Below, piece after piece: positions 1 to 10,500 of a stretch of DNA of 64,000 bases. Each line of letters begins with the position of its first letter. The first letter of the stretch is position 1. This stretch comes from Dimorphilus gyrociliatus. Lineage: Eukaryota > Animalia > Annelida. Where the stretch lies: NCBI GenBank assembly GCA_904063045.1, contig CAJFCJ010000005.1, positions 2,660,165 through 2,724,164 on the forward strand. Reading direction: 5' to 3'. A program made the translations under genes and the position numbers. The notes beneath the pieces are model-generated. The model was not told where the DNA came from, did no database searches, and saw only the letters and a program-made list of their open reading frames with translations.

Positions 1-173
1 AATTAGCAATAACTAATAATAGTAAAAAAAACGTTTTAATTAAATTAATATTTCAAGTGAAATATATGCTTTTAAGTTTATTCGAAAGTCAAAAATCCAA
101 TAATATTGGTATTAATCCTATTTCAAAGATACTTATTAAACTAGATAATGGAATAAAATACAATTAATCACCT

Positions 174-2450
174 TTAGCTTGGTTTGAAGTACCTATCTCG
201 GAAGCTTTCTTCATAGTGGTTTTTACCAAAATGAACATTATTATCGGTATCGGGCTATAAAAAAGAGAGATTGGTATTATTATCAACGTAAGCAGTATTT
301 AATTGTATGTATTTGTACTTGAAATGCTCTTGTTTTTTGATAAGTTAATAAACGTCTTGAGACTTTAGAATTAAGTATTTGTTCACAGTTGAATATGCAT
401 TGCATGGCTTTGTTCTCGGGTATATTTTCTAGTACATACCTATCAAAAATGATCTTACTTTTGACAAGTTAATATTATTAATTATCGATAGTTACTCTTC
501 CCTATAAACTGGCAGCCAAAAAACAAGTCTACCGCCTATATGTAGGTATTTTGCTGCAAAGAGCAGTAAATCTGATAAAATATCTGTCATCACGTATACC
601 ATCTTCGTTTGATCGTTTGATCTATAGAAAATATGATTAATTAGCTCAATTACATAAAAAAAATTTAAAGATAATTTTTATGTACAATTTCGTCTCATTA
701 TTCCCACTTTTCACAGTTGGTTCTCTTATACCATATGGAGCTGAGTGTATATAAGGTATGTATATAAATATAATTAAGTGGTGGATGATAGTCCACTTCA
801 GAATGAAAATAATACAAACGATCTGTTACTATAGCATCAAACATTGTATCTTTAATATTCCACATAGCTTGTTTTGAAGTGTCCGCGATAAGTACGTCAA
901 AATAACGATTATCTAATCCGTATTGTTTTAAATTACCCCTAACAGTTTCGTCTCTATCTCTCCATTTTTGACCTTTTCTACTGGATTTACCTTTAAAAAG
1001 TATTAACGTTTGAAAATTACAATTATTGATAAAATTTTAATTACCTCTGCCGGAAAGTAATTTTTTATCGATATCACAACCAGACACGAAAGCACCATGT
1101 TTAGCGCAGGCAACTAATAAACTACCTGGGAAGATATAAATGATTTTTAGTTCAAAAGAAAACAAAAAGAATCAATGAAGATTCTATCAAGGAATTAAAA
1201 ACAAAGAGGAGGGGAAAAAAAACCTGTTCCGACAAATGGATCATATATAAAACCTCCAGACTTTGATTGTGAAATATTAGAGATAATAAAGGATAATTCT
1301 GCGTCCATACTAGTATTTCCTGATAAATTATTCAACAACCAATATAATAATATTGTTATTTTTATTGAAATTCGATGACTTACCTATAACTTTTCTTTTA
1401 CTTAAATGAAAATCTTTTATTGAATTTCTATCGCTATCGCATATCTAAATTTATTTATACAGTTTATCAATTAATAAACTATATACAGTATATAAATTAT
1501 ATCAAATAGACTTACAAATCTACCAAAATACATTCTATCCAAAATAGGTATCGACGTTTCACGTTTATCTTTGTAGCATTCGATTAAATGGAATACTTTT
1601 TCCGGATTTTTTAAATTAACTTTTCCATTTATTGGATAACTTTCTAAGAAATTCTAGGAAAGAGGAAGGGAGGGAAAAAATAAGAAATGTTCTTTTTTTT
1701 TAATATCCAAGCAAAGAAATATTCCATTAAAAATAAACTCACATCAATTTTTATGACTTTTTCTTGTAAATCAATATTGTGATTAGAGGAATGGAATTTT
1801 ACCGAAAATGACGTTTTCTCATTCTTAACATATGGTTCCTAAAATGTGGTAAAATATGACGGGAAAATAATTTTAATGCACTTAGTAGTTTATTTGCCTT
1901 ACTGTTATTTCTTTAGGTAAATTTTCTATTTCTGATTTAACTTCATCTATAGTTTTTCCACTGCCCCAATATTCGATTACGTTTCTAGGAAATAGTAATA
2001 TTTATTTTACTAGATAAACATTGGAATTTGCTATTTTCCTCTTTAAAAACTTGCCCTACCTTAACAGTACAGTTCTATTTGCTATTTTTCTCAAGCACTC
2101 TTCAGATGGAACCTCAACTACAAGGACAGGATTCTAGCAGTGGACAATTGAATTTTTGTTGTCATTTATAATTATTAAACTACAATATTGTTACAAACCT
2201 GTTTACTCGATAATTGATCATCTATCTTGACTGGTATATTGAAACTACTAGCGATTGAAAAGAACTCCTGAAAAATTGGAATGTTCTTTTGTGTAAAGGG
2301 AACTTAAGAAAATATTTAAATATTTTTGATTTTTTGGATCTATTAAGCATTTTTATACAATTTTAAAATACTAACTGGCAATCTAAACTCTAGATAGTCT
2401 TGAGTAAATTGTAAAATGTACTTGCGCAACATGCTTGCATTTGCCGCCAT
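174..2450 (-). CDS. TRMT11: tRNA (guanine(10)-N2)-methyltransferase TRMT11, multi-exon
   Basis: Minus-strand exons translated by hand: start MAANASMLRKYILQFTQDYLEFRLP (ATG 2450); RMYFGRF; KRKVIGNTSMDAELSF...IYDPFVGTGSLLVACAKHGAFVSGCDID (SAM-binding motif); NLKQYGL...FDAIVTDPPYGIRE; DLLLFAAKYLHIGGRLVFWLPVY; NCEQILNSKVSRRLLTYQK; ends SFRDRYFKPS* (TAA 174-176). Introns are GT-AG. Not in the ORF track because the exons are short. Confidence 0.93.
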
Positions 2451-2674
2451 TTTCGTAAAAACATTGATGGTGTAAATAGAAGTTTTCTGCTGCCACCTAT
2501 TGTTAAGCCTCGAAATTTCCATAGAATAGCAACACCATTTCGAATAGTCAATATATTATAAACTATCTGAAAGCTTGTCTATGATCTCGAATATTGTTCC
2601 AAAATTGAGCGATAACAGGGACTCATGAGCAAGCTATTATAAAATAATAAGAGAAAACATCATTCTAAATAAGA
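2451..2674. promoter_or_regulatory. Bidirectional promoter between TRMT11 and PSMF1
   Basis: The two start codons are head-to-head and 224 bp apart. A YY1-like AAAATGGCGGC (minus strand) overlaps the TRMT11 ATG. Confidence 0.7.
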
Positions 2675-3859
2675 ATGTTTGGTTACGAACTACTTTTCAC
2701 ACACGTTCAAAGTCAATTAAGAGACAGTGAAGATGCTCTAGTCTCTGTAGCGCATTGGACTTTAATAAGTAATGGTTTCCTCTGCGTAGGAAAAGGAGAA
2801 CAGGTTTTTATTTCTATTTTTTTAGGCAACTTTCGATTTCAGTTACATAGAACATTTTTTTAAAAATTGAAAATATTATTAGCCCAGTGATGATATGCGT
2901 AAGTCAGAATTATTACCAAATGCTTGGAATTCTGATAAAGAAGTTTTCACCCTAATGTACGTCCAACCACCATCTGCACAAGTTCATCTTTTGAAAGTCG
3001 TTAGATCCTCTGGAGATTTACTTTTCTATTTCATGGTTTGTAGATTTGAATGAAGTTTGTATAGGCTTGTATTAATGAAGATATTTGGTTAAATAATTGA
3101 AAAAATAGGATCTTCAATCAGATGAAATGCGAGATGCAACTATCCCCGTGAACAATTACTGTACTGGGAATTTAATTTCTTTTGCCAGTGCTTTCAAGAA
3201 TATCGAAGAATTCCGAAAAGAATTAGAAAAGAATCTGTTAGGAGTTGGTGTATCCAAAGCTGAGGAAAAGGCTAAAAAAGATAAGAAAGACAACAATAAA
3301 AAGACTGACGATTCTTTAAGACACGAACCATTCAGAAGACAACCTGCTCTTTTTCAAAATCCAAGTATAAGACCAGGATTTGAGTCACCATTTGATATCG
3401 GAAGAAATGATTTGGACCCATTAGGTCATTTTGGAGCAGGGGGTGGAATGTATTTTGACCCTTTTAGAGGAGGTCATGGAAGAGGAGGCCCTAGAATTCC
3501 AGGACTGCCTCTGTAATTAATAATATAATTAATCTATACAACGAGTATTAATAACACCTTATTCTTTGTATTAACAGAGGAGCTGTACCTCCAGGCGCTA
3601 GATTCGATCCAATTGGTCCAGGTCATGGACGAGGAGGAAGAGGTGGAGGTTTCAGTGGGAATAGAATGGGGTAAGCCATTCACATAGATATGTAATATTT
3701 ATATACAGACACTTAATTATTTTAAAAATTACGTATTTACTTATATTTTATTGATTTCTTTCTATATTCCTTAAGATAATATTTCTTATTTAACCTGTTC
3801 TTAGCCCAGATCCAGATCATCTACCCCCACCTTCGGGCTACGAAGACATGTTTATGTAA
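2675..3859 (+). CDS. PSMF1: Proteasome inhibitor PI31 (FP domain + Pro/Gly-rich tail), multi-exon
   Basis: MFGYELLF...DALVSVAHWTLISNGFLCVG, ELLPNAWNSDKEVFTLMY, FDIGRNDLDPLG...GGMYFDP, GAVPPGARFDPIGP; last exon PDPDHLPPPSGYEDMFM* (TAA 3857-3859). Confidence 0.93.
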
Positions 3860-4587
3860 TAAATACATGCTAAAGAGACTGTGTTGCGTGGATTTAATGA
3901 AGGAAAAACATGCAAATATTTTTAAAATAAAAAGAAAAAAAAAGTAATATTGCAGATAATCAATGTAGATAAGTATCATGCCGTGCGCTATATGCAGTAA
4001 TAATCGTGACCAAAGACTTTTTAAGCAGTTTATCGAACGCTGTTCAACCTTTCCTTTTATTATTTAAACCTTACGCAATAATCCGACTGTTGTATTATAA
4101 ATTAGATATATACTGTATAGACAAGGCCACATTGGATAAAATCGATCTGGCTGAAAATCGGCCGTTTTTCTAATTAAGCGGCCGTTTGAAAACTGTTTGT
4201 CAACCTGATTGAAAACTATGGAACACGAGTACGTTACTAACGATTTATACCTATTTTATTTAGTATTAGCTATAATTCCTATACAAAACCAAATAAAACA
4301 GTAAAAGCCAACTTGCAAAGGTTTCCTATGAAAATTTTATCCTATTTATACGACTTGAAAGATAATTTTTAGTTGAAAGCAACTAGAAAAAAGGGGATTA
4401 GAAATGAAAATATAAAAAATATAACGACTAATACAATATTATTCGTTTCTTCTTTTATCGTCTTGTTTATTCTGTATAAACGTTAAAGGTATATTTTTTT
4501 TTGACATGTAAATTTGAAATATCTTTTCTCAACAGTTTTTATCGTTGTATCTATAACTAGATGCTTTCGTATGGCTGTCTCTATTTT

Positions 4588-4620
4588 TTTTCTCTCTCTC
4601 TCTCTCTCGCTCTCGCTCTC
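4588..4620. repeat. (TC)n/(TCGC) microsatellite
   Basis: tctctctctctctctctcgctctcgctctc is directly visible. Confidence 0.9.
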
Positions 4621-4689
4621 TTACTCGCTCGTCAAACCCTTCTCCCCGCCCCCTTTTCTTTAGATCCTGCTCTCTTTTCTCACACACTG

Positions 4690-4859
4690 TTTATCTCTTT
4701 CTCTGTGCGCGCGTGTGTATGTGTATATCTACTGCTCCAATATTCTCTTTCGAGCTAGTGGCGACGAACGAAGACGCAGTCTCGCGCGCTTTTTTGTTGC
4801 ATTCGTTATTTGTAACTCTTGACGACCGTATTAGGCGGTTGCGTTTATAAATGGTGAGT
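4690..4859 (+). promoter_or_regulatory. Putative promoter/first exon ending ATG|gtgagt, probably the 5' end of the tandem Rab gene
   Basis: Locally GC/CpG-rich segment flanked by CT and TA repeats, ending in a strong donor (ATG 4851-4853, GTGAGT 4854-4859). The nearest downstream + strand CDS is the tandem Rab. Confidence 0.4.
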
Positions 4860-4898
4860 GCGATTTATTATTTTTCTATACATATATATTAATATATA

Positions 4899-4901
<3 letters not shown>

Positions 4902-4931
<30 letters not shown>
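4902..4931. repeat. (TA)n microsatellite
   Basis: About 15 TA units visible. Confidence 0.9.
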
Positions 4932-4932
<1 letters not shown>

Positions 4933-4937
4933 CTGCG

Positions 4938-5305
4938 TTATACTAGGTTTATAGTCGAAATTTACATATTCATATTCAATAGAGATTGATATTTATATGT
5001 AAATAATAGTAATTACCTCTTCGAGTTTGTCTACTAAAAAAATCAAACAGGTACTTTGTATTTAGTACGGCCTGAAAAGGTTTTATTAGATATATATATA
5101 TATATATAGGGAGATATACACTTACATAGATTTGGAAGAGTCCAAAACTGTACATAAACCGCGTAGATTGCATATACTATATGTGGATTGAGTTCATATG
5201 GTACATAAGCTACTATATACTTGACCATATTCACGATAATTCCCTATATATGTATACAAGTGTCTCTCTATTATATATTTAGTAATATAGATAGTTTTTC
5301 CAAGC
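4938..5305 (-). CDS. Candidate small multi-exon gene of unknown function (5' end not resolved)
   Basis: Exons 5305-5221, 5176-5126, 5071-5017 and 4942-4938 are joined by GT-AG introns of 44, 54 and 74 nt (one with a GTAAGT donor and a ccttttcag acceptor). They give the open frame LGKTIYITKYIIERHLYTYIGNYREYGQ-YMQSTRFMYSFGLFQIY-AVLNTKYLFDFFSRQTRR-V*. No homology recognised. Confidence 0.3.
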
Positions 5306-5420
5306 CTATATGAACGGCATATATACATTATATATATTTCTGTAACTCTGTATACATAAATACATATTTATATAAGAATTATATAACGTATGATTTTAGT
5401 AAAAGACCTTTCATTCGCTG

Positions 5421-5438
5421 TCTCTTTCTTTCTCTCTC

Positions 5439-5486
<48 letters not shown>

Positions 5487-5489
5487 TTT
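5421..5489. repeat. (TC)n / GAGA-type microsatellite
   Basis: About 60 bp of near-perfect TC repeat. Confidence 0.9.
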
Positions 5490-6249
5490 CTAGATTGCTC
5501 GATCTATCTATCTCTTCTCATGTTGTCCATAAGTAATTGCCTATTTGCATTTCATGTTCAATTGTAGGTAGTTTATATTTTTAAAAAGAAAAATGAACTA
5601 ATATAAAAATGAATAGAGAGAATGGAAGAAGAGAAAGAAAAACAAAGAGTAGAACAATTGATATCCGATACAAATTCAATAAGCGCACCTTATACGGTCG
5701 ATATACATATTCCTCTAGTACTAAAACATTTATACAATTTGGGCTTAGGGTGTCTAGATTGGCTATAAGTCAAAGCTTTTATGTTTACATTATAGGTATA
5801 TATAAACTATTTAAAGAATAATTTCTTCTTTAAACTTAATCAATCAAAAATTTCTCTTTCCTATTAAACCGATAAACATGATTATCGATTTTGGCGGCAG
5901 TTTGTCCAAGATGTTTACAAACGTCAGCTGTCCATTATTTTTTTTACCTCTCCGTCTTTCTTTTTCTTTCTATCTCTTTTATAGCTCTATTCATAAGTTT
6001 CTTCGTTAAATACACACTCGACTCTTGTTGAGGAAATGAAGCTTAAAGGTTAAAAGGCACCTAATTAAACTATTGATGATACGAAATGGTAGGTGATATC
6101 GACCCATAGTTCTTTAACTGTCTGGTATACTGAAGAGGGGAGCAGGGGGAAGGCAAAAGAACCGTTTGTCGCGGGCAAACGAGTCCAATTAAGCTATATA
6201 CTCAGGAGAACCTTTTGATGTTTTAGCAGATGACGGACGGAAATTAACG

Positions 6250-7497
6250 ATGCGAGGAGAAAGTGAAAAGGTCAATAAGGCTGATGAGAACGTGGCTAAA
6301 GCGGTTGCTTATGAGTTTAAAGTAATAATAGTCGGAGATCCAAAAGCTGGGAAGAGCAGCCTTGTACAAAGCTACTGCCAAGGAATATTTAATAAAACTT
6401 ATAAAGCTACCGTCGGCGTTGAATACGCTGAACGCTTGGTTGAAGTTGAAGGCAAATTGATAAAGTTAGCACTATGGGATATATCGGGCCAAGAGATGCT
6501 GCTGAAAATTTCCGACAAGTATATCAAAGAAGCAGACGGTTTGATTTTCGTCTATGATGTAAGCGAGGAATCTTCATTCAATTCATTTCCAATTTGGATG
6601 AGATATGTTTCTCAGCATCTCGGAGGTAATAGCTCTTTATTAAAACTCCCAAAAGCCGTTGCTGGTAATAAAATAGATCTACGTCATAAACAAGTTGTCG
6701 CGCATTCTCACGCCAAGGAAGTAGCTATACCCGACGGTGTTGATGCCGACCATGTGATAGAAGTCTCTGCAAGAAGTGGAAAGAACCTAAATTTGCTATT
6801 CTATCTACTCACAAATCAGATGTACAGACTGTTTGCAAACGGAGGGATTAGGAGAATAGGAAAAACGTCTATACCAGCCGAAGGTCAAGCTGTATTCGAT
6901 GAAGAGATTTATAAACATTCGATAGACGGCTCACCGTCGTCTAGAGATGGTAGCGAGTATAGTCACGTATTTAAAATACTCTTATTAGGGGCGTCCCGAG
7001 TAGGAAAGACGTCTCTCAGATTTCGATTCTGCCGCGATTACTATTCAGCTGAATATTTTGCAACTGCCGGTTTCGAATACGGAACGAGGACAGTTGCAAT
7101 CGACAACGTTAGGGTCCGTATTCAAGTTTGGGATGTTGCGGGTGACGATGTTTACGATTCAACACGAAGAGGCTATTACAAGGGAGCGAACGCTTTTATA
7201 ATCGTTTACGACGTCGGAAATAAATCTTCGTTTACTAAGGCCGAAAACCTCTTGAAAGAACTAGACTTGTACGGACATTCCGAAGCCCCTAAAATTCTAG
7301 TTGGAAATAAATCAGATATTGGAGGTAAAAGAAAAGTTGGATTTTGTGCGGCAGAAGAATTTGCCGCTGGTTGGCGAGTTCCTTTATTAGAAAGCAGTGC
7401 CCAAACTGGGCATCAAGTAGATGCTGCTTTTATGAAACTGGCTATTGCCTTAAAAAGGCAACTAGCTCCATGGAAAAAACTTTATGATTTTTCATAA
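6250..7497 (+). CDS. Tandem (two-domain) Rab1/Rab8-like small GTPase, single coding exon, no C-terminal prenylation motif
   Basis: Domain 1: FKVIIVGDPKAGKS, TVGVEY, LWDISGQE, GNKID, EVSAR. Domain 2: EYSHVFKILLLGASRVGKT, TAGFEY, VWDVAGDD, YYKGA, GNKSD, ESSAQ. The linker is about 50 aa. The protein ends PWKKLYDFS with no Cys. Confidence 0.9.
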   Translation: MRGESEKVNKADENVAKAVAYEFKVIIVGDPKAGKSSLVQSYCQGIFNKTYKATVGVEYAERLVEVEGKLIKLALWDISGQEMLLKISDKYIKEADGLIFVYDVSEESSFNSFPIWMRYVSQHLGGNSSLLKLPKAVAGNKIDLRHKQVVAHSHAKEVAIPDGVDADHVIEVSARSGKNLNLLFYLLTNQMYRLFANGGIRRIGKTSIPAEGQAVFDEEIYKHSIDGSPSSRDGSEYSHVFKILLLGASRVGKTSLRFRFCRDYYSAEYFATAGFEYGTRTVAIDNVRVRIQVWDVAGDDVYDSTRRGYYKGANAFIIVYDVGNKSSFTKAENLLKELDLYGHSEAPKILVGNKSDIGGKRKVGFCAAEEFAAGWRVPLLESSAQTGHQVDAAFMKLAIALKRQLAPWKKLYDFS

Positions 7498-7591
7498 TTT
7501 ATGCCAACTCCAATTATTTTATAAAAAAATTTTGAATAATTAATAATAACACAAATTTAACAAGAGAACAAGAGGCAAATCAGTTTCGGAA

Positions 7592-10500
7592 TCAGTACTG
7601 TCCCCTTTTTCTTGATCGTCCTCGAAAGTTAGTTCGAAAGTTACTTCGAGTTCCACCATCCCCTCGCCCTCTAAATGAAGTTGTATTACTATTGCCACCT
7701 CTGTATGGTCTTATACTTCCAGTACCACTTGAGGGTCCAACTCCTCCTCCATTTCCGCCAGTTGCCCCTATTCGAGATCTATTTTCCGATTTTTGCCAGG
7801 GCATTGAACTAAAATCTTTTGTTGGCATGGCAGTTGGCATAGTGAGCAAGGACGGAATAGAAGGTTGCTGCCCTTCGAAGCGTTGAGGAGGAGGCTGCTG
7901 CTGTTGCGGCTGCATTGGTGGCGGTGGTTGCGGCGGCTGTTGTTGCTGTTGCGGCGGCTGAGGTTGTTGCTGAGGCTGATTTAGAGAAAGAGGTGGCCTT
8001 TGGAGGGTAGGTGAAATGAAAAAGTCTGTACCAGATGGTCGAAATCCAGTTGCTTGCATAGGTGGTCGAAATCTCGATCTTTGATCCTCTCCAAAGGGCA
8101 TTGAAGTTGTAGGTTTCGTAATCGATTGATTGTAAAATGCTGATTGATCATCAGCTACTTTTTGTTCTTCCGGAAGTTTAGGAGTGGGTAGAAGAGCTCT
8201 TGTTTCTTCAACGTTAGAGTTCGTATCCCACTTTGATTTTTTTCTCTTACGTTCCTCTTGTTCATTTTTAATTATATTCAAAGCATTTTGAGCCGATAAC
8301 AACCGCTTCTCTAATTCTTCAATATCCTCTGGACTATCATCTCCGCTGTCTGATTCATTTCCCAAAATAGTATCTTTTTGACATGCTGGTGCAAGGTCTC
8401 TTTCAAAAGAGTCCTTTTCCTCTCTTTTTTGTTCAGGTTGTACGACATCATCATTATCGCTTCTTTTGTCTCGACGATTTACTTCCAATGAGTCTTCTCT
8501 ATAAGACCTTTTATCTCTTTTTCGATCTTTTCTATCTCTTCTATCTCGAGGAGACCTCTCTCTTGACCTTGAGCGTCGAGGATGCCGTCTTCGTCTAGGC
8601 GACCTTGATCGTTTACGTCTAAGCTTTTTATCTCTGTCCCTTTCATCTCTCCTATCCCAATCATTCTTTCGATCACGTCTGTCCAGTCTTTCTGATCTTT
8701 CATTTCGCTCAGGTCTGTCTGATCTTTCCGGCCAATCTCGATGTTTGTCATTTTCTTGGAAAGTTGACTTTGTCTGCATATGACGATATAAGGATCGCTC
8801 TTCCTCAGCAGTTAGTGTCGCCGACCTCACAGTATTTGGTGCACTAGATAAGCCGCTAGTTGATGATGTTGACAGAAACCAGGACGGTTGCTCTGAAGGA
8901 AAAGGTATACGTGGTGGAGACCGTTCCACTTCCATATCCTTGAAAATATTTTTCTCAACTGGAGCGAATTTCCCATCAAGTCCTGGAATAGTTTCCGCAC
9001 TAACTTCTACAGAGCTTGGTGATGCAGTACTTTTAAGAGCGAAACCTAATAAACCTGCTGCTGACTCATTTGGAGACTCTTTTGATGATTTAGAGAAAAG
9101 ATTACTGAGAACAGTTGGCAAAACTGGTTTCTCTACTTTTCCCTTTCGTGCCATTTCATGCATTGTCTTTTCCATATTCTGTAATTGTAAGGCGGTAGGA
9201 GGTTTCTTTTCATTATTTTCCGTAGGGTTAAACCAACTTGGTCCAGATATTGGAACAGCGTTTTTGTATAAATCACTATCATCTTCGTCATTATCGTCTG
9301 ATTTGTCTGCGGTGTTAATCCCCAAAATCTCTTTCATCTCTTCATTCAGATCAGACATTGCTATCAAGTTTCCATCAACAACTACATTGTCCTTACTAGA
9401 GCCAGTACTTGTATTCGAAGGTTCGGTCTTTTTAAGCTCAACTCGTGCAGATATCTTAAGCAAATTCTGTTGAGAATATGTCAACTCTTCAACTTCTGCT
9501 ATTTTTTCATAAACGGCAGACATAATTTCATGAGATAGATGAAATTTTTTAAAATGTTCAATTATTTTTGTTATATTCAAAGAGCCATCATGTTTTCTAT
9601 TTTCCGAATCAGCTAAAATGGCTTTAAAATCGAAAGAGTTAAAAAATTCGTCCACTTTTTTACTGGATTGCTGCTTTGGCCTTTCCTTTTCCAGAACAGC
9701 TGCAGGATTATAGTGCGGTTCTATTCTTATTTTTGAATCATCATTCGCCTTCTCATTGTCTACTACTTCGTGTTCATCATCGTCATCGATTGTTACACTT
9801 GATGCAACTACATGAAAGATAATATCAAATAATAACACATATTTCTAGATATAAAAAAAATATACCTAATCCTGCCTGAGCCGGATCGTACTCGTCCTCC
9901 TCTGGTATTACTTTTTCATTAATTGTGTTATCGATCGGTTTGCTTTCTTGCTCCACTTCAGCCGGTTTTAACACTGAACTTCGGATTATTGGGGCAAAAG
10001 GCTTAGCAGAACGTGTTTTCACAACTATCAACAACAGAGTCTCTTTGCGTTGAGACGGTAATCCTGGACCTTCAAAAGGGAGGAATTCCGACGGAATAAT
10101 AGCGTCGGGAGTTAAAGGTGCTAAATAGATATCCTTAATAGTATTAGAGTAGTTACTAATAACCCCATATCGACCCCTCCCATGTAAATATGTAAACATT
10201 TGTGTGAAAAGATGGCGATCTGCTTCGCTCCATAGTTCTATGCGCATAATTGCAGCTTCCTAAGAGCAGACAAATTTAAAGATATAGCGAGTGAACATGC
10301 ACGAAACAGTTTATGAATATTAATTACCTTATTAGATCGTCTTGTTTTTAGTTGCTTGACATACTCATGAACTTGGTATGGACTTATTCTTCCGCATAAC
10401 GCTAGAGAGTCTGGCAAATCCTCATCAAGTCCCTCGCCATCTCCCGATACTAGATATGCGTTAGCCAGGAAGTTGGCCGTATTATCTTGAAGGTAAACAC

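Noticed and set aside
7692-9473. + strand ORFs 7692-7886, 8383-8598 and 8940-9473, and shifted-frame - ORF 8479-8751
   Set aside because: Shadow frames of the low-complexity last exon of the DIDO1-like gene; no independent homology or splice signals.
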